Assembly (NCBI GenBank): GCA_002428665.1
Contig: DIXK01000061.1
Location: forward strand, 20,694 to 84,693
Direction of reading: 5' to 3'
DNA from: Verrucomicrobia subdivision 3 bacterium UBA6082
Lineage (GTDB): Bacteria; Verrucomicrobiota; Verrucomicrobiia; Limisphaerales; UBA8199
Length of the DNA stretch: 64,000 nt
In this document: piece by piece, positions 44,500 to 53,479 of the stretch
Position numbering within the stretch: the first letter of the stretch is position 1
How the letters are laid out: the number at the start of each line of letters is the position of its first letter
Notes under the pieces: generated by a model
The model's input: only the letters and a program-made list of their open reading frames with translations
The model's database searches: none
Told to the model about the DNA's origin: nothing
Program-made: the position numbers and the translations under genes

Positions 44500-44757
44500 G
44501 TTCTTCGTGGTGCGCTTATGGAAAGAGTACCGGTCAGAAACTGAATGTCAATGCGCGCGGGAGGCTCACAACGGAGAAATCTGAGAGGGAGTTGCGAGTT
44601 CTGCCTTGGTGGTTGGGTAAGTCAACCCTCCAACCGCGCTGATGAACTGTGCCCCGAGGCCGTTCAGGAATCCTCCGCGGCTTGACCCCACTTCAGCCCA
44701 CCTTCGGATTTGCCCCGGTCCTGACAGTTTCATAGCCTTGAGAAAACATTTCCCGGA

Positions 44758-46812
44758 ATGACTAATACGAAGACTTCACTCGAAAGCTGTTACTCTGTTG
44801 TGCTGATCGCTGCGACCCTGTGCGGAGCTGCAGTCCTGGCCGCCCCAGTGGCGGGGCCCGTGGACCTGAACACGCCCCGCTCATTCCCGGAGATTGCTTC
44901 GCGCGCAATGTGGGAAGAGCGCGCCAGGGACATCCGGGAGCAAATGCTGGTGAGCTGCGGGCTTTGGCCCCAGACCGAGCGTCCCCCCATCAACGCGCGC
45001 ATATTCGACCGCATCGAGCGAGACGGTTACTCGATTGAGAAGGTTTGGATAGAAACCTTGCCGGGTTTTTTCCTGGGTGGGAATCTGTATTGCCCGATCG
45101 GAAGAGGGCCTTTCCCGGCGATTCTCAATCCCCATGGTCACTGGACCGAAGGTCGCCTGGCCGACAGTCCACAAGGCAGCGTGCCGGCGCGGTGCATAAG
45201 CTTCGCCCGCCAGGGCATGATCGCGTTCGCCTACGATATGGTGGGCTATAACGACACGCGATTTGCCGGCTCTCCGAAAGACCAGCCGGGATATGTGGTT
45301 CATCGTTGGTTTGGAACGAATCAAGCCGATTTGCTGTGGAACATCTCGCTGATGGGTTTGCAGACTTGGAATAGCGTGCGGGCGCTGGATTTCCTGGAGA
45401 CGGTTCCGAAGGTTGACCGAAAACGTTTGGGTATGACAGGGGCTTCGGGAGGCGGAACGCAGACATTCATGCTGGGCGCCATCGATGACCGGCTGGCAGC
45501 TCAGGCTCCCATCGTGATGGTGTCCCATACGATGCAGGGCGGGTGTTCCTGCGAGAACGCGCCAGGATTAAGAGTCCAGTATTCCAATATGGAGATTGCC
45601 GCCGCAGCGGCGCCGCGCCCCCAGATTCTGGTAGCGGCCACGGGAGACTGGACCAAGGCAACTCTGACGGTTGAAGGGCCGGCGATTGAGCGTATCTACC
45701 GGTTATTTGGCCGGGCCGACCAATTCCAATACCTCCGCTTCGATTACGGCCACAATTACAACCGCGAGACCCGGGAAGCCGTCTACCGGTTTTTGGGGCG
45801 CACCCTGCTTAATCACCCCGAAGAAGCATCACCTAGAGAACTGCCGTATCAAAAAGAACCGGATGCTGCGTTGCGCGTGTTCGCCGACACCGAGCCTCCA
45901 AAAGCCGTGGCGACGCAAGCTGAAATAGCCCAGACGCTCAAGAACCGTCACCGCGAATTTTGGACGAAGGCGCAACCACAGAATGAACAGGGCCTGGAGT
46001 CGTTCGGCAGAGTCTACTATCCCGCCTGGCGCCACACCTTGCAGCTCGAGCAAAGGCCATCCGCCACTCACACCCGTGTCGAGTCCCAGACCGTCGAATC
46101 GGGAATACTCTGCGCGAAGCTGACCCTGCACCGACCTGGTGAGCATGAAAGCCTGGCAGCGACGTTTTACAGCCGATCAGGACCAGTGGCTGCGGCGGCG
46201 CAGAAGTTGGCCGTCCTGGTTGCCGATCCCGCAGATCATCCCAGAGGCATGGCCGAAAGTGCGTCATCCGAGACCGTACGGGAGTTGACAGCGTCAGGAT
46301 TTGCGGTCCTGAGCGTGGATCGGTTCACCTCAGAACCGGATTCAGCGGACCTGTTTGCCAACTTCTACTCCACATACAACCGCACACGATTGCAGCAACG
46401 AGTGCGAGACCTGGTAACCATATGCAGTGCCGCGCCCGCCTTCGATCCCCGGGGGCGAATCTTCTTCCGGGTGTATTTGGTTGGGCACGGTTCGGCGGGA
46501 ACCTGGGCGTTGCTCGCTGCCCCGGCAGCCGACGGCGTGGTGGCGGACGCTGCTGAGCAGGACTGGACTTCAGAGGAAGCGTGGTTCGGTAAGAACCTGT
46601 TTTGCCCAGGAATACTGGCTTTGGGAGGTCCCGAGACCAGCGCTATTCTGGCGACGCCCAAGCCGTTGATGATTCACAACACCTCAACAAAATCCGATTT
46701 CACCTCTGCAAAAGCCGCCTACCGCGCCGCAACGGCCGGCGAGCGGTTGCAGGTCAGAAAATCAGCCGCGAGCGTCTCCGAATGGATTGCGTGGCTACGG
46801 CAGAATTCTTGA
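44758..46812 (+). CDS. Secreted alpha/beta hydrolase (acetyl-xylan-esterase/dienelactone-hydrolase-like)
   Basis: Signal peptide (VVLIAATLCGAAVLAAP), an AXE1-like N-terminal part (GYSIEKVWIETLPGFFLGGNLYCP...FPAILNPHGHW) and a nucleophile elbow GMTGASGGG. Substrate not inferable. Confidence 0.6.
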   Translation: MTNTKTSLESCYSVVLIAATLCGAAVLAAPVAGPVDLNTPRSFPEIASRAMWEERARDIREQMLVSCGLWPQTERPPINARIFDRIERDGYSIEKVWIETLPGFFLGGNLYCPIGRGPFPAILNPHGHWTEGRLADSPQGSVPARCISFARQGMIAFAYDMVGYNDTRFAGSPKDQPGYVVHRWFGTNQADLLWNISLMGLQTWNSVRALDFLETVPKVDRKRLGMTGASGGGTQTFMLGAIDDRLAAQAPIVMVSHTMQGGCSCENAPGLRVQYSNMEIAAAAAPRPQILVAATGDWTKATLTVEGPAIERIYRLFGRADQFQYLRFDYGHNYNRETREAVYRFLGRTLLNHPEEASPRELPYQKEPDAALRVFADTEPPKAVATQAEIAQTLKNRHREFWTKAQPQNEQGLESFGRVYYPAWRHTLQLEQRPSATHTRVESQTVESGILCAKLTLHRPGEHESLAATFYSRSGPVAAAAQKLAVLVADPADHPRGMAESASSETVRELTASGFAVLSVDRFTSEPDSADLFANFYSTYNRTRLQQRVRDLVTICSAAPAFDPRGRIFFRVYLVGHGSAGTWALLAAPAADGVVADAAEQDWTSEEAWFGKNLFCPGILALGGPETSAILATPKPLMIHNTSTKSDFTSAKAAYRAATAGERLQVRKSAASVSEWIAWLRQNS

Positions 46813-46942
46813 TCGAACCCTGGAGAAACCGGGTTGATTCCAGGTTGAAGTTGGCACAGGCGCACTGTGCACAGCGAGGCCAGTGTCGGTGTTTTTCCGT
46901 AAAAGTCCCCGCACGCGTCCGTATTAATTCATGGTGGCTGCG

Positions 46943-46972
46943 ACGGTTTGCGCGTTGCTCAAACCCGTTTTT
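46943..46972 (+). terminator. Candidate intrinsic terminator (bulged hairpin + T5)
   Basis: ACGGTTTG (46943-46950) pairs with CAAACCCGT (46960-46968) with a one-base bulge, followed by TTTT. It lies about 130 nt after the hydrolase stop. Confidence 0.3.
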
Positions 46973-46990
46973 CCGGTAATCTAGTAACTA

Positions 46991-47872
46991 ATGAAAGGCA
47001 TCATTTTGGCCGGCGGTGCAGGTTCGCGGCTGTTTCCGTTGACTTTGGTAGCAAGCAAGCAGCTTCAACCGGTTTACGACAAGCCGATGGTATATTATCC
47101 TCTAACGACTCTCATCGAAGGGGGAATTCGGGAGATTTGCCTGATCTCCACCCCACAGGATTTACCCCGTTTTCGACAGTTGTTGGGAGACGGAAGCTCC
47201 TGGGGTCTCTCGATTGAATATCGCGAACAGGCCAAGCCGGAGGGCATTGCCCAGGCTTTCCTGATTGCCGAATCGTTCATCGGCAACGATGGTGTGACTC
47301 TGATTCTGGGCGACAACGTGTTTTACGGAGGAGACAGCTTCCACAGAGCGTTTGCGGAATTCAGGACCGGCGCCACGATTTTCGGGTATCACGTGCATGA
47401 CCCGGAACGCTATGGGGTGGTTGAATTCGATGAGCAGGGCCAAGCCATCTCCATCGAAGAAAAACCCAAGGCGCCAAAGAGCGACTATGCGGTGCCAGGC
47501 CTTTACATCTTTGACAACCAGGTGGTGGAAATAACCCGGAACCTGAAGCCATCTGCGCGGGGTGAACTGGAAATCACGGACGTTAATGTGGCGTATATGC
47601 GGCTAAAACAGCTTAGGGTTTGCAGGTTGAGCCGCGGGTTTGCCTGGCTGGACGCCGGCACAAGCAGCAGCCTGCATGAAGCTTCGGCTTACGTGCAAAC
47701 GATCGAGAAGCGTCAAGGAATTAAAATCGGTTGTCCGGAGGAGGCGGCCTTCCGGCGCGGGTTCCTAAAGCTGGGGCAATTGGAGACCTTAACGCAACAG
47801 ATGCCTCGTTGCGAATACCGTGACTACCTCGTTAACGAAGTAGTTGCCGAGGCCAAACGACTTTTGAAGTGA
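46991..47872 (+). CDS. rfbA: Glucose-1-phosphate thymidylyltransferase
   Basis: MKGIILAGGAGSRLFPLT..., KQLQPVYDKPMVYYPL, EKPKAPKSDYAVPGLY. Confidence 0.95.
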   Translation: MKGIILAGGAGSRLFPLTLVASKQLQPVYDKPMVYYPLTTLIEGGIREICLISTPQDLPRFRQLLGDGSSWGLSIEYREQAKPEGIAQAFLIAESFIGNDGVTLILGDNVFYGGDSFHRAFAEFRTGATIFGYHVHDPERYGVVEFDEQGQAISIEEKPKAPKSDYAVPGLYIFDNQVVEITRNLKPSARGELEITDVNVAYMRLKQLRVCRLSRGFAWLDAGTSSSLHEASAYVQTIEKRQGIKIGCPEEAAFRRGFLKLGQLETLTQQMPRCEYRDYLVNEVVAEAKRLLK

Positions 47873-47878
47873 GGATAT

Positions 47879-48424
47879 ATGAATGTAACTCGATGCGCGC
47901 TGGATGGGCTATTGATTCTCGAACCAAAAGTGTTTGGGGACTCACGGGGCTTTTTTCTCGAAACCTGGAACCGGAACCGATACTTGGAGATTGGAATACC
48001 TGCGGACTTCGTACAGGACAACATCTCCTTCTCGCGCCGGGGCATCCTGAGGGGATTGCATTTCCAGAATCCCAACTCCCAGGGCAAGCTGGTCTCGTGC
48101 CTGCAAGGCGAGATTTACGATGTGGCCGTAGACTTGCGGCGATCCTCTCCCACCTTTGGCCAGTGGCAGAGCACAACGCTCTCTTCTGAGAATAAACGCC
48201 AGTTTTTTATCCCGCCCGGCTTCGCCCACGGTTTTCAAGTGCTCAGCGACAGCGCACTGTTTCACTATAAGTGCACGGATTTCTACACGCCTGCCCACGA
48301 ACGGACCCTCAAATGGAACGATCCGGCACTGAAAATTCCCTGGCCGATCACGGATCCGGTGCTCTCCGACAAGGACACCCGCGGGGTGGCTCTGGCTGAC
48401 TTGCCCCCGGAACACCTCTTTTAG
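47879..48424 (+). CDS. rfbC: dTDP-4-dehydrorhamnose 3,5-epimerase
   Basis: FGDSRGFFLETW, GILRGLHFQ, KLVSCLQGEIYDVAVDLR, IPPGFAHGF. GAGGA RBS. Confidence 0.95.
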   Translation: MNVTRCALDGLLILEPKVFGDSRGFFLETWNRNRYLEIGIPADFVQDNISFSRRGILRGLHFQNPNSQGKLVSCLQGEIYDVAVDLRRSSPTFGQWQSTTLSSENKRQFFIPPGFAHGFQVLSDSALFHYKCTDFYTPAHERTLKWNDPALKIPWPITDPVLSDKDTRGVALADLPPEHLF

Positions 48425-48441
48425 ATAATTGCCACCCGCGC

Positions 48442-49326
48442 ATGGACCCTCATTTTCTCGTCATCGGCAAGAACGGCCAAGTGGGCTGGGAACTCTGTCG
48501 CACCCTGGCTCCTTTGGGAAAAATCACCTCAATTGATTTTCCGGATATTGACCTGACAAACCCGGATTCTGTCCGTCAATGTGTTCGCGAAACGGGCCCG
48601 TCGGTGATTGTGAACGCGGCTGCATACACAGCCGTGGACAAAGCGGAAAGCGAAGCTGACCGCTGCCAACAGATCAACGGGGTGGCGCCCGGGATTCTGA
48701 GCGAGGAAGGCCGACGCCTGGGCGCCTTGATGGTGCATTACTCCACAGATTACGTTTTCGATGGTCTGCTGCCGGATGGCGGAGCCTATACCGAGGAGTA
48801 TGCTCCCAACCCTCTGAGCGTGTATGGACGCGCCAAACTCGCCGGGGACCAGGCAGTGCGGGCATTAAACCCCAAGCACCTGATCTTTCGCTTGTGTTGG
48901 GTCTATGGGGCGCGTGGGCAGAATTTCATGCTCACAATGATGCGCCTGGCCCGGGAACGCGAAAAACTTAGAGTCGTGAACGACCAATTTGGCTCGCCCA
49001 CGTGGTGCCGACTGGTCGCTGAGACGACCTCGCTGGCTTTGAAACAGGCCCTGGCAGCGCCGGACCCTACTGCGTTGGCGGGTGTCTACCATATGGCCGC
49101 CTCCGGTTACACTACCTGGCACCAGTTCGCACGAGCCATAGTCGATCAAATGCCTACTGCGGGAAAGAAATGCACGGTCGTGGAACCCATTACCACGACG
49201 GAATATCCCCTGCCCGCCCAGAGACCAGCCCGCTCTATACTCTCCTGCAATAAACTCAAACGAACTTTCGGTCTGCAACTGCCCACGTGGGAGGCTGGTC
49301 TGCAGTCTGTTTTGGAAACGATTTAG
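48442..49326 (+). CDS. rfbD: dTDP-4-dehydrorhamnose reductase
   Basis: RmlD pattern: [41 protein letters not shown]. Confidence 0.9.
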   Translation: MDPHFLVIGKNGQVGWELCRTLAPLGKITSIDFPDIDLTNPDSVRQCVRETGPSVIVNAAAYTAVDKAESEADRCQQINGVAPGILSEEGRRLGALMVHYSTDYVFDGLLPDGGAYTEEYAPNPLSVYGRAKLAGDQAVRALNPKHLIFRLCWVYGARGQNFMLTMMRLAREREKLRVVNDQFGSPTWCRLVAETTSLALKQALAAPDPTALAGVYHMAASGYTTWHQFARAIVDQMPTAGKKCTVVEPITTTEYPLPAQRPARSILSCNKLKRTFGLQLPTWEAGLQSVLETI

Positions 49327-49339
49327 GACTTCAACGTTT

Positions 49340-50350
49340 ATGAATCTGCTTGTCACCGGTGGGGCCGGTTTCATTGGGTCGAACCTCATTCAACAAATAA
49401 TTGATCGGCCCGAAATCACAAAACTGGTCAATCTCGACTGCCTGACGTACGCGGGACACCTCCAGAATCTGGAGACAGTGCGTGACCATCCCAAGTACGT
49501 CTTTGAAAAAGTCGACCTGCGCGACAAGGCAGCAGTCGCCGCAACGGTGCAAAGTCACGACATTACTCACGTCATGCACTTGGCCGCCGAGTCCCATGTG
49601 GATCGTTCCATCTCAGGTCCGGGCGATTTCATCCATACGAACGTGGTGGGCACCTTCAACCTGCTGGAAGCCTGCCGCTCTCACTGGGGAAGCTCCTTAT
49701 CCGGCAAACGGTTTCATCACGTTTCGACGGACGAGGTCTACGGCAGCCTGGGCGCCACGGGTTTCTTCACAGAAGCCACCCCATACGCCCCCAATTCCCC
49801 TTATTCTTCGAGCAAAGCTTCCAGCGACCTGCTGGTGCGCGCTTATCACCACACCTACGGATTTAATACCGTAATCACGAACTGTTCGAATAATTACGGG
49901 CCTTATCAATTCCCTGAAAAACTGATCCCTGTCGTCATTCAAAGTGTGCTGGAACGCAAGACAGTGCCTGTCTACGGCGACGGCATGAACGTCCGCGACT
50001 GGCTCTTCGTCGGGGACCATGCTGAGGCCCTATGGTTGGTGCTAAACCGTGGCACAGCAGGCGAAACCTACAACATCGGCGGCCACAACGAATGGGCAAA
50101 CATCCGCATCGTGGAGCTGATTTGCGACTTGATTGATGAGATGTCTGCCCAGTTGGGGGGAAGCTCCCGAAAACTGATCACCTTTGTGAAGGATCGTCCT
50201 GGTCATGACCGTCGCTATGCCATCGATGCCGGCAAGATCCAGCGCGAGCTGGGGTGGGTTCCTGCCCACAGTTTTGAACAAGGCATCCGTGAGACCGTAC
50301 GGTGGTACCTGGACAACCAGCCCTGGGTTCAGTCCGTGCTCAAGCACTGA
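49340..50350 (+). CDS. rfbB: dTDP-glucose 4,6-dehydratase
   Basis: [51 protein letters not shown]. Confidence 0.95.
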   Translation: MNLLVTGGAGFIGSNLIQQIIDRPEITKLVNLDCLTYAGHLQNLETVRDHPKYVFEKVDLRDKAAVAATVQSHDITHVMHLAAESHVDRSISGPGDFIHTNVVGTFNLLEACRSHWGSSLSGKRFHHVSTDEVYGSLGATGFFTEATPYAPNSPYSSSKASSDLLVRAYHHTYGFNTVITNCSNNYGPYQFPEKLIPVVIQSVLERKTVPVYGDGMNVRDWLFVGDHAEALWLVLNRGTAGETYNIGGHNEWANIRIVELICDLIDEMSAQLGGSSRKLITFVKDRPGHDRRYAIDAGKIQRELGWVPAHSFEQGIRETVRWYLDNQPWVQSVLKH

Positions 50351-50385
50351 GTTCAAAATCAGGCCGGAACCAACCATAACACGCA

Positions 50386-50417
50386 AAAACGGGTGCCACA
50401 CCCGTAGCACCCGTTTT
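50386..50417. terminator. Bidirectional intrinsic terminator between convergent genes
   Basis: AAAACGGGTGC (50386-50396) pairs with GCACCCGTTTT (50407-50417), with A-run and T-run flanks serving both strands. A second CACCCGT copy at 50399-50405 allows an alternative shorter hairpin. Confidence 0.7.
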
Positions 50418-50469
50418 CCTCAACCTTCACCGGACGATCCCCTGCGGAAACCGTCCGGGAAACGTGCGC

Positions 50470-52140
50470 TCAATTAGAGGGCTCAACCCAGACAGTACGG
50501 AAGTATTGCGGACCGCCACTGCCAGGCACGGTATAGGGACTCACAGCCCCCTGAACATCGGTATAAGGACCCGCTGGGTCAGTCGCGCTCTGCAGCTTCA
50601 AGCTGCCGGTCGTGACGGCGTCCCAGCTAAGCCGTAGATTGTTGTCCGCCACCATTTCAATCTGAAGGGGAGGAGCCCCGATTTGCAACCGCTCCAGCTT
50701 GAAGTTGTCGATCACAATCATATTGTCAGCATCAAACCCCCAATCGGCCTCAGAATGAGCATTGTTGATCTGCACCTGGAACTGAATCTCGCTGATTTTG
50801 TTGAAGTAGTTCGTGAAGTTGGCCAAGGTGCCGCTCCCAACCGAGAACTTGTTTAACGCCAGTTGGATGGTTTGCCAATTGGTCTGCAGGTTTGGAATGC
50901 TGCTGTCCAAACGAATAATGAAATCATTCGCCGTATCCACATCTGGCGGCTGAAGGGTATCGTCCGGGGCTATGAGGTGTAATTGGAGGGTTCCGCTGGT
51001 GGTCATCTTCTCTGGATTCAAGCCAACAACTCTCCCATCCAGCAGGACCCGGTAATCGGCAAGGATGGGCGATTGCAGTTGTGAATAGTCGGCAGGGCCA
51101 CCACCACCCGTATTCCCTCCAGCATAAGTCAGAGCAATTCCCGCCAAGGCGCTGTTGTCCATGGCCATAATATATGCGTTGCTGCCTCCAACACCTTCAC
51201 CCGCCGCGTCGTTAGTAACATAGTAGGTTGCCTTGACGCCCGAGGACCATCCCTGCCCACCCGACCAGGCATACCAAATCGGTTTATCGTCCCAGTTGTA
51301 ATCAAAAACCGTGAAGGCGACTTTCGGCGGCGGAGGAGGAGGCGGAAGTGACCGGACGACTTGCAGTTGGATATTGTCAAGGTAAACAGCATTATCCCCA
51401 TCGTAATCAAACCGGTCATGCGGCATGTGATAGTTGACGCCGAACCGAGGTTCGTTGATCAGGAGACGATACAGAACGAAATCAAGGTCGGTCTTCCCGT
51501 TCGCAATGCTTCCTTGGTCCAGGGTGTAGACAAAATGTTGCCAGTTGCTGCTCGCGTTGAAATTCAGATTAACCTGGATCAAGGTGTCTTTATCGACGTT
51601 GCTGTCGGGAGGCTGAATGGTGTCGTCGGGAGCATCGAGCCGCATTTGGAATTCACCACCGACCGTGGTAAACTCCGGTTTCAGTCCCTCGACTTTTGCG
51701 TCGAAGCTCAGAATATAGTCGGAAAGATTGGTGCTGAGGAACACCGAGCCGTCATCCCCATTGGTCCAATTCAAGCCACCCCCAAAGCCGAAACCATAGC
51801 CGGATCCCGCAGGAGCATTGGTTATGAACTCGCCATACCCTGTATTGTCAAAAGTGAAGAGCCCCATGTAATTCGTGAGATTATAGTCCTCAGGATGGGT
51901 GTAATACGTGTTAAAGTTATGCCAGTACGAAAAAGGAGCGTCTGCCCCCCATTCATATTTGTAAGGATAAGTGTATGCTGGCCGGCTGCCTGGCGTCGGC
52001 GGGTCAAAGATTTCCATTTCGAAGCTGGTAAGCGTGACAACGTTTGTGGTCTGAGCCACAGCGCTCGTTCCCCAGTTCAACATGACGAGCAAGACCAAGG
52101 GAACACTTATCCACGTGGTTATTATTGATCTCTGTTTCAT
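50470..52140 (-). CDS. Secreted protein with two paralogous beta-sandwich (CBM-like) repeats, a Pro7 linker and a C-terminal 'YFR' module
   Basis: ATG at 52140 gives the signal peptide MKQRSIITTWISVPLVLLVMLNWGTSAVAQ. Internal duplication (LDAPDDTIQPPDSNVDKDTLIQVNLNF...NWQHF vs LIAPDDTLQPPDVDTANDFIIRLDSS...NWQTI; DNAVYLDNIQLQVV vs DNMIVIDNFKLERL). No named family recognised. Confidence 0.6.
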   Translation of the reverse strand: MKQRSIITTWISVPLVLLVMLNWGTSAVAQTTNVVTLTSFEMEIFDPPTPGSRPAYTYPYKYEWGADAPFSYWHNFNTYYTHPEDYNLTNYMGLFTFDNTGYGEFITNAPAGSGYGFGFGGGLNWTNGDDGSVFLSTNLSDYILSFDAKVEGLKPEFTTVGGEFQMRLDAPDDTIQPPDSNVDKDTLIQVNLNFNASSNWQHFVYTLDQGSIANGKTDLDFVLYRLLINEPRFGVNYHMPHDRFDYDGDNAVYLDNIQLQVVRSLPPPPPPPKVAFTVFDYNWDDKPIWYAWSGGQGWSSGVKATYYVTNDAAGEGVGGSNAYIMAMDNSALAGIALTYAGGNTGGGGPADYSQLQSPILADYRVLLDGRVVGLNPEKMTTSGTLQLHLIAPDDTLQPPDVDTANDFIIRLDSSIPNLQTNWQTIQLALNKFSVGSGTLANFTNYFNKISEIQFQVQINNAHSEADWGFDADNMIVIDNFKLERLQIGAPPLQIEMVADNNLRLSWDAVTTGSLKLQSATDPAGPYTDVQGAVSPYTVPGSGGPQYFRTVWVEPSN

Positions 52141-52452
52141 AACGACGGTTTTGGTTTTTTTAGCAAACAAGGTTCTTTTGGTGAGATACGGACTGAAGGG
52201 TTTGCCCACCGGCCCGATCTTTTTTCGGAAGCCTGGCCTAGATGGTTGCGTTCACATTTCATCTGACCGCAAAGGTCCATAGAACTGGGGCAAATCAACG
52301 GTTGGACCTTATCAAGCACGCCCCTGACGTCATGTCATCAAAATCAACTACAGTTCCTCAGCCATGGGCGCAGGAACCGACCACGTTCCAGTGCAGGCCC
52401 TGCAGGGAATACCAGCACCTCGATTGCGAATGACCGCAAGCCGATGAGCAGT

Positions 52453-53382
52453 TTACTTCTGCCCGGCTGCAAGAATCGTCTCGAAGTGAGGCGGTTCGTC
52501 TTCGCGAGCAACGACCGAGATATCGATCTTCTTAAACCCAGCCTCTTCCAGCCAGCGGTTCAAATCACACTCAGAAAACCCGGGCCACCGATCACCATAA
52601 AGCTCCCGCGCCTGAGGAAAAGAGTGCTTCGCCAGGTCAAGAATGAGAATCTGACCTCCCGACACCAGCAATCGAAAGGCGCTAGCGATCGCTTTGCCAG
52701 GATCCTCGGCATGATGCAAAGCCTGGCTGAGGATCACCAAGTCAACCGTGCCGGGTTCAATGGGGGGATTGGAGAGATCTCCCAGGCGAAACTCCAGATT
52801 CTTGATATGGTTCTTCCTCGCCTTGGCAGCGCCGAAGGCCACGATCTTCTCCGAGTTGTCCACGGCGATCACCTTTTTGCAGCGCCGCGCCAGCAACTCG
52901 CTCAAGAGTCCTTCCCCCGACCCGAGATCCGCAACAGTCAATGGTGGTAGAACGCGCAAAAGCAAATGGCCGAAAGCCTGCCAGGAACGTCCTGGTCCAT
53001 AGATACGATCAAACCGCCCCGCAACCTGGTTAAAATAAACTTCAGCCTGCTCTCGGCGCCTTGCGACGATACGTTTGAGATTAATCTGGTCGCCGGGATG
53101 TTCGGGCAATTCACGAGCACCTGTTACAGCGAGCTTGATGAAATCGCGCCCCACCGCATCCGCATTGGGTGACAACTTATAAAATGTGCGTTTACCCTCC
53201 CGGCGGGACTCCACTAGTTCAGCGCTTTGGAGCAAGCCAAGATGTGTGGAAATTCTCGATTGACCAAGTCGGGTTACTTCCTGCAACTCGTTGACGGATA
53301 GCTCAGCCGTCTCCAGCAGCGACAGAATGCGCAACCGTGTAGGGTCGGACAGCGCCCGAAGGTACTTGAGGGTCGAGGCCAT
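52453..53382 (-). CDS. SahR-like regulator: ArsR/SmtB-family HTH fused to a SAM-dependent-methyltransferase-like domain
   Basis: ArsR HTH (LRALSDPTRLRILSLLETAELSVNELQEVTRLGQSRISTHLGLL) plus methyltransferase motif I (VADLGSGEGLL) and post-I/II motifs. It is divergent from metK-ahcY. ATG at 53382; the track start at 53391 is TTG. Confidence 0.75.
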   Translation of the reverse strand: MASTLKYLRALSDPTRLRILSLLETAELSVNELQEVTRLGQSRISTHLGLLQSAELVESRREGKRTFYKLSPNADAVGRDFIKLAVTGARELPEHPGDQINLKRIVARRREQAEVYFNQVAGRFDRIYGPGRSWQAFGHLLLRVLPPLTVADLGSGEGLLSELLARRCKKVIAVDNSEKIVAFGAAKARKNHIKNLEFRLGDLSNPPIEPGTVDLVILSQALHHAEDPGKAIASAFRLLVSGGQILILDLAKHSFPQARELYGDRWPGFSECDLNRWLEEAGFKKIDISVVAREDEPPHFETILAAGQK

Positions 53383-53479
53383 TTTTTCCAACTAATCTGT
53401 TGACGTGTTGAATAAGTTATATATCATCCTATCTTGATACGTCAATATGTAATTTGAGTAACGCCGTCAACTCCGATCC
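53383..53479. promoter_or_regulatory. AT-rich divergent promoter/operator region between the SahR-like gene and metK
   Basis: 97-nt spacer, conspicuously AT-rich for this genome. It contains TTGACG (53400-53405) and its complement CGTCAA twice (53440-53445, 53465-53470), TATCA-N8-TGATA (53422-53426 / 53435-53439), and TTGA-TACG-TCAA (53434-53445). Confidence 0.45.
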
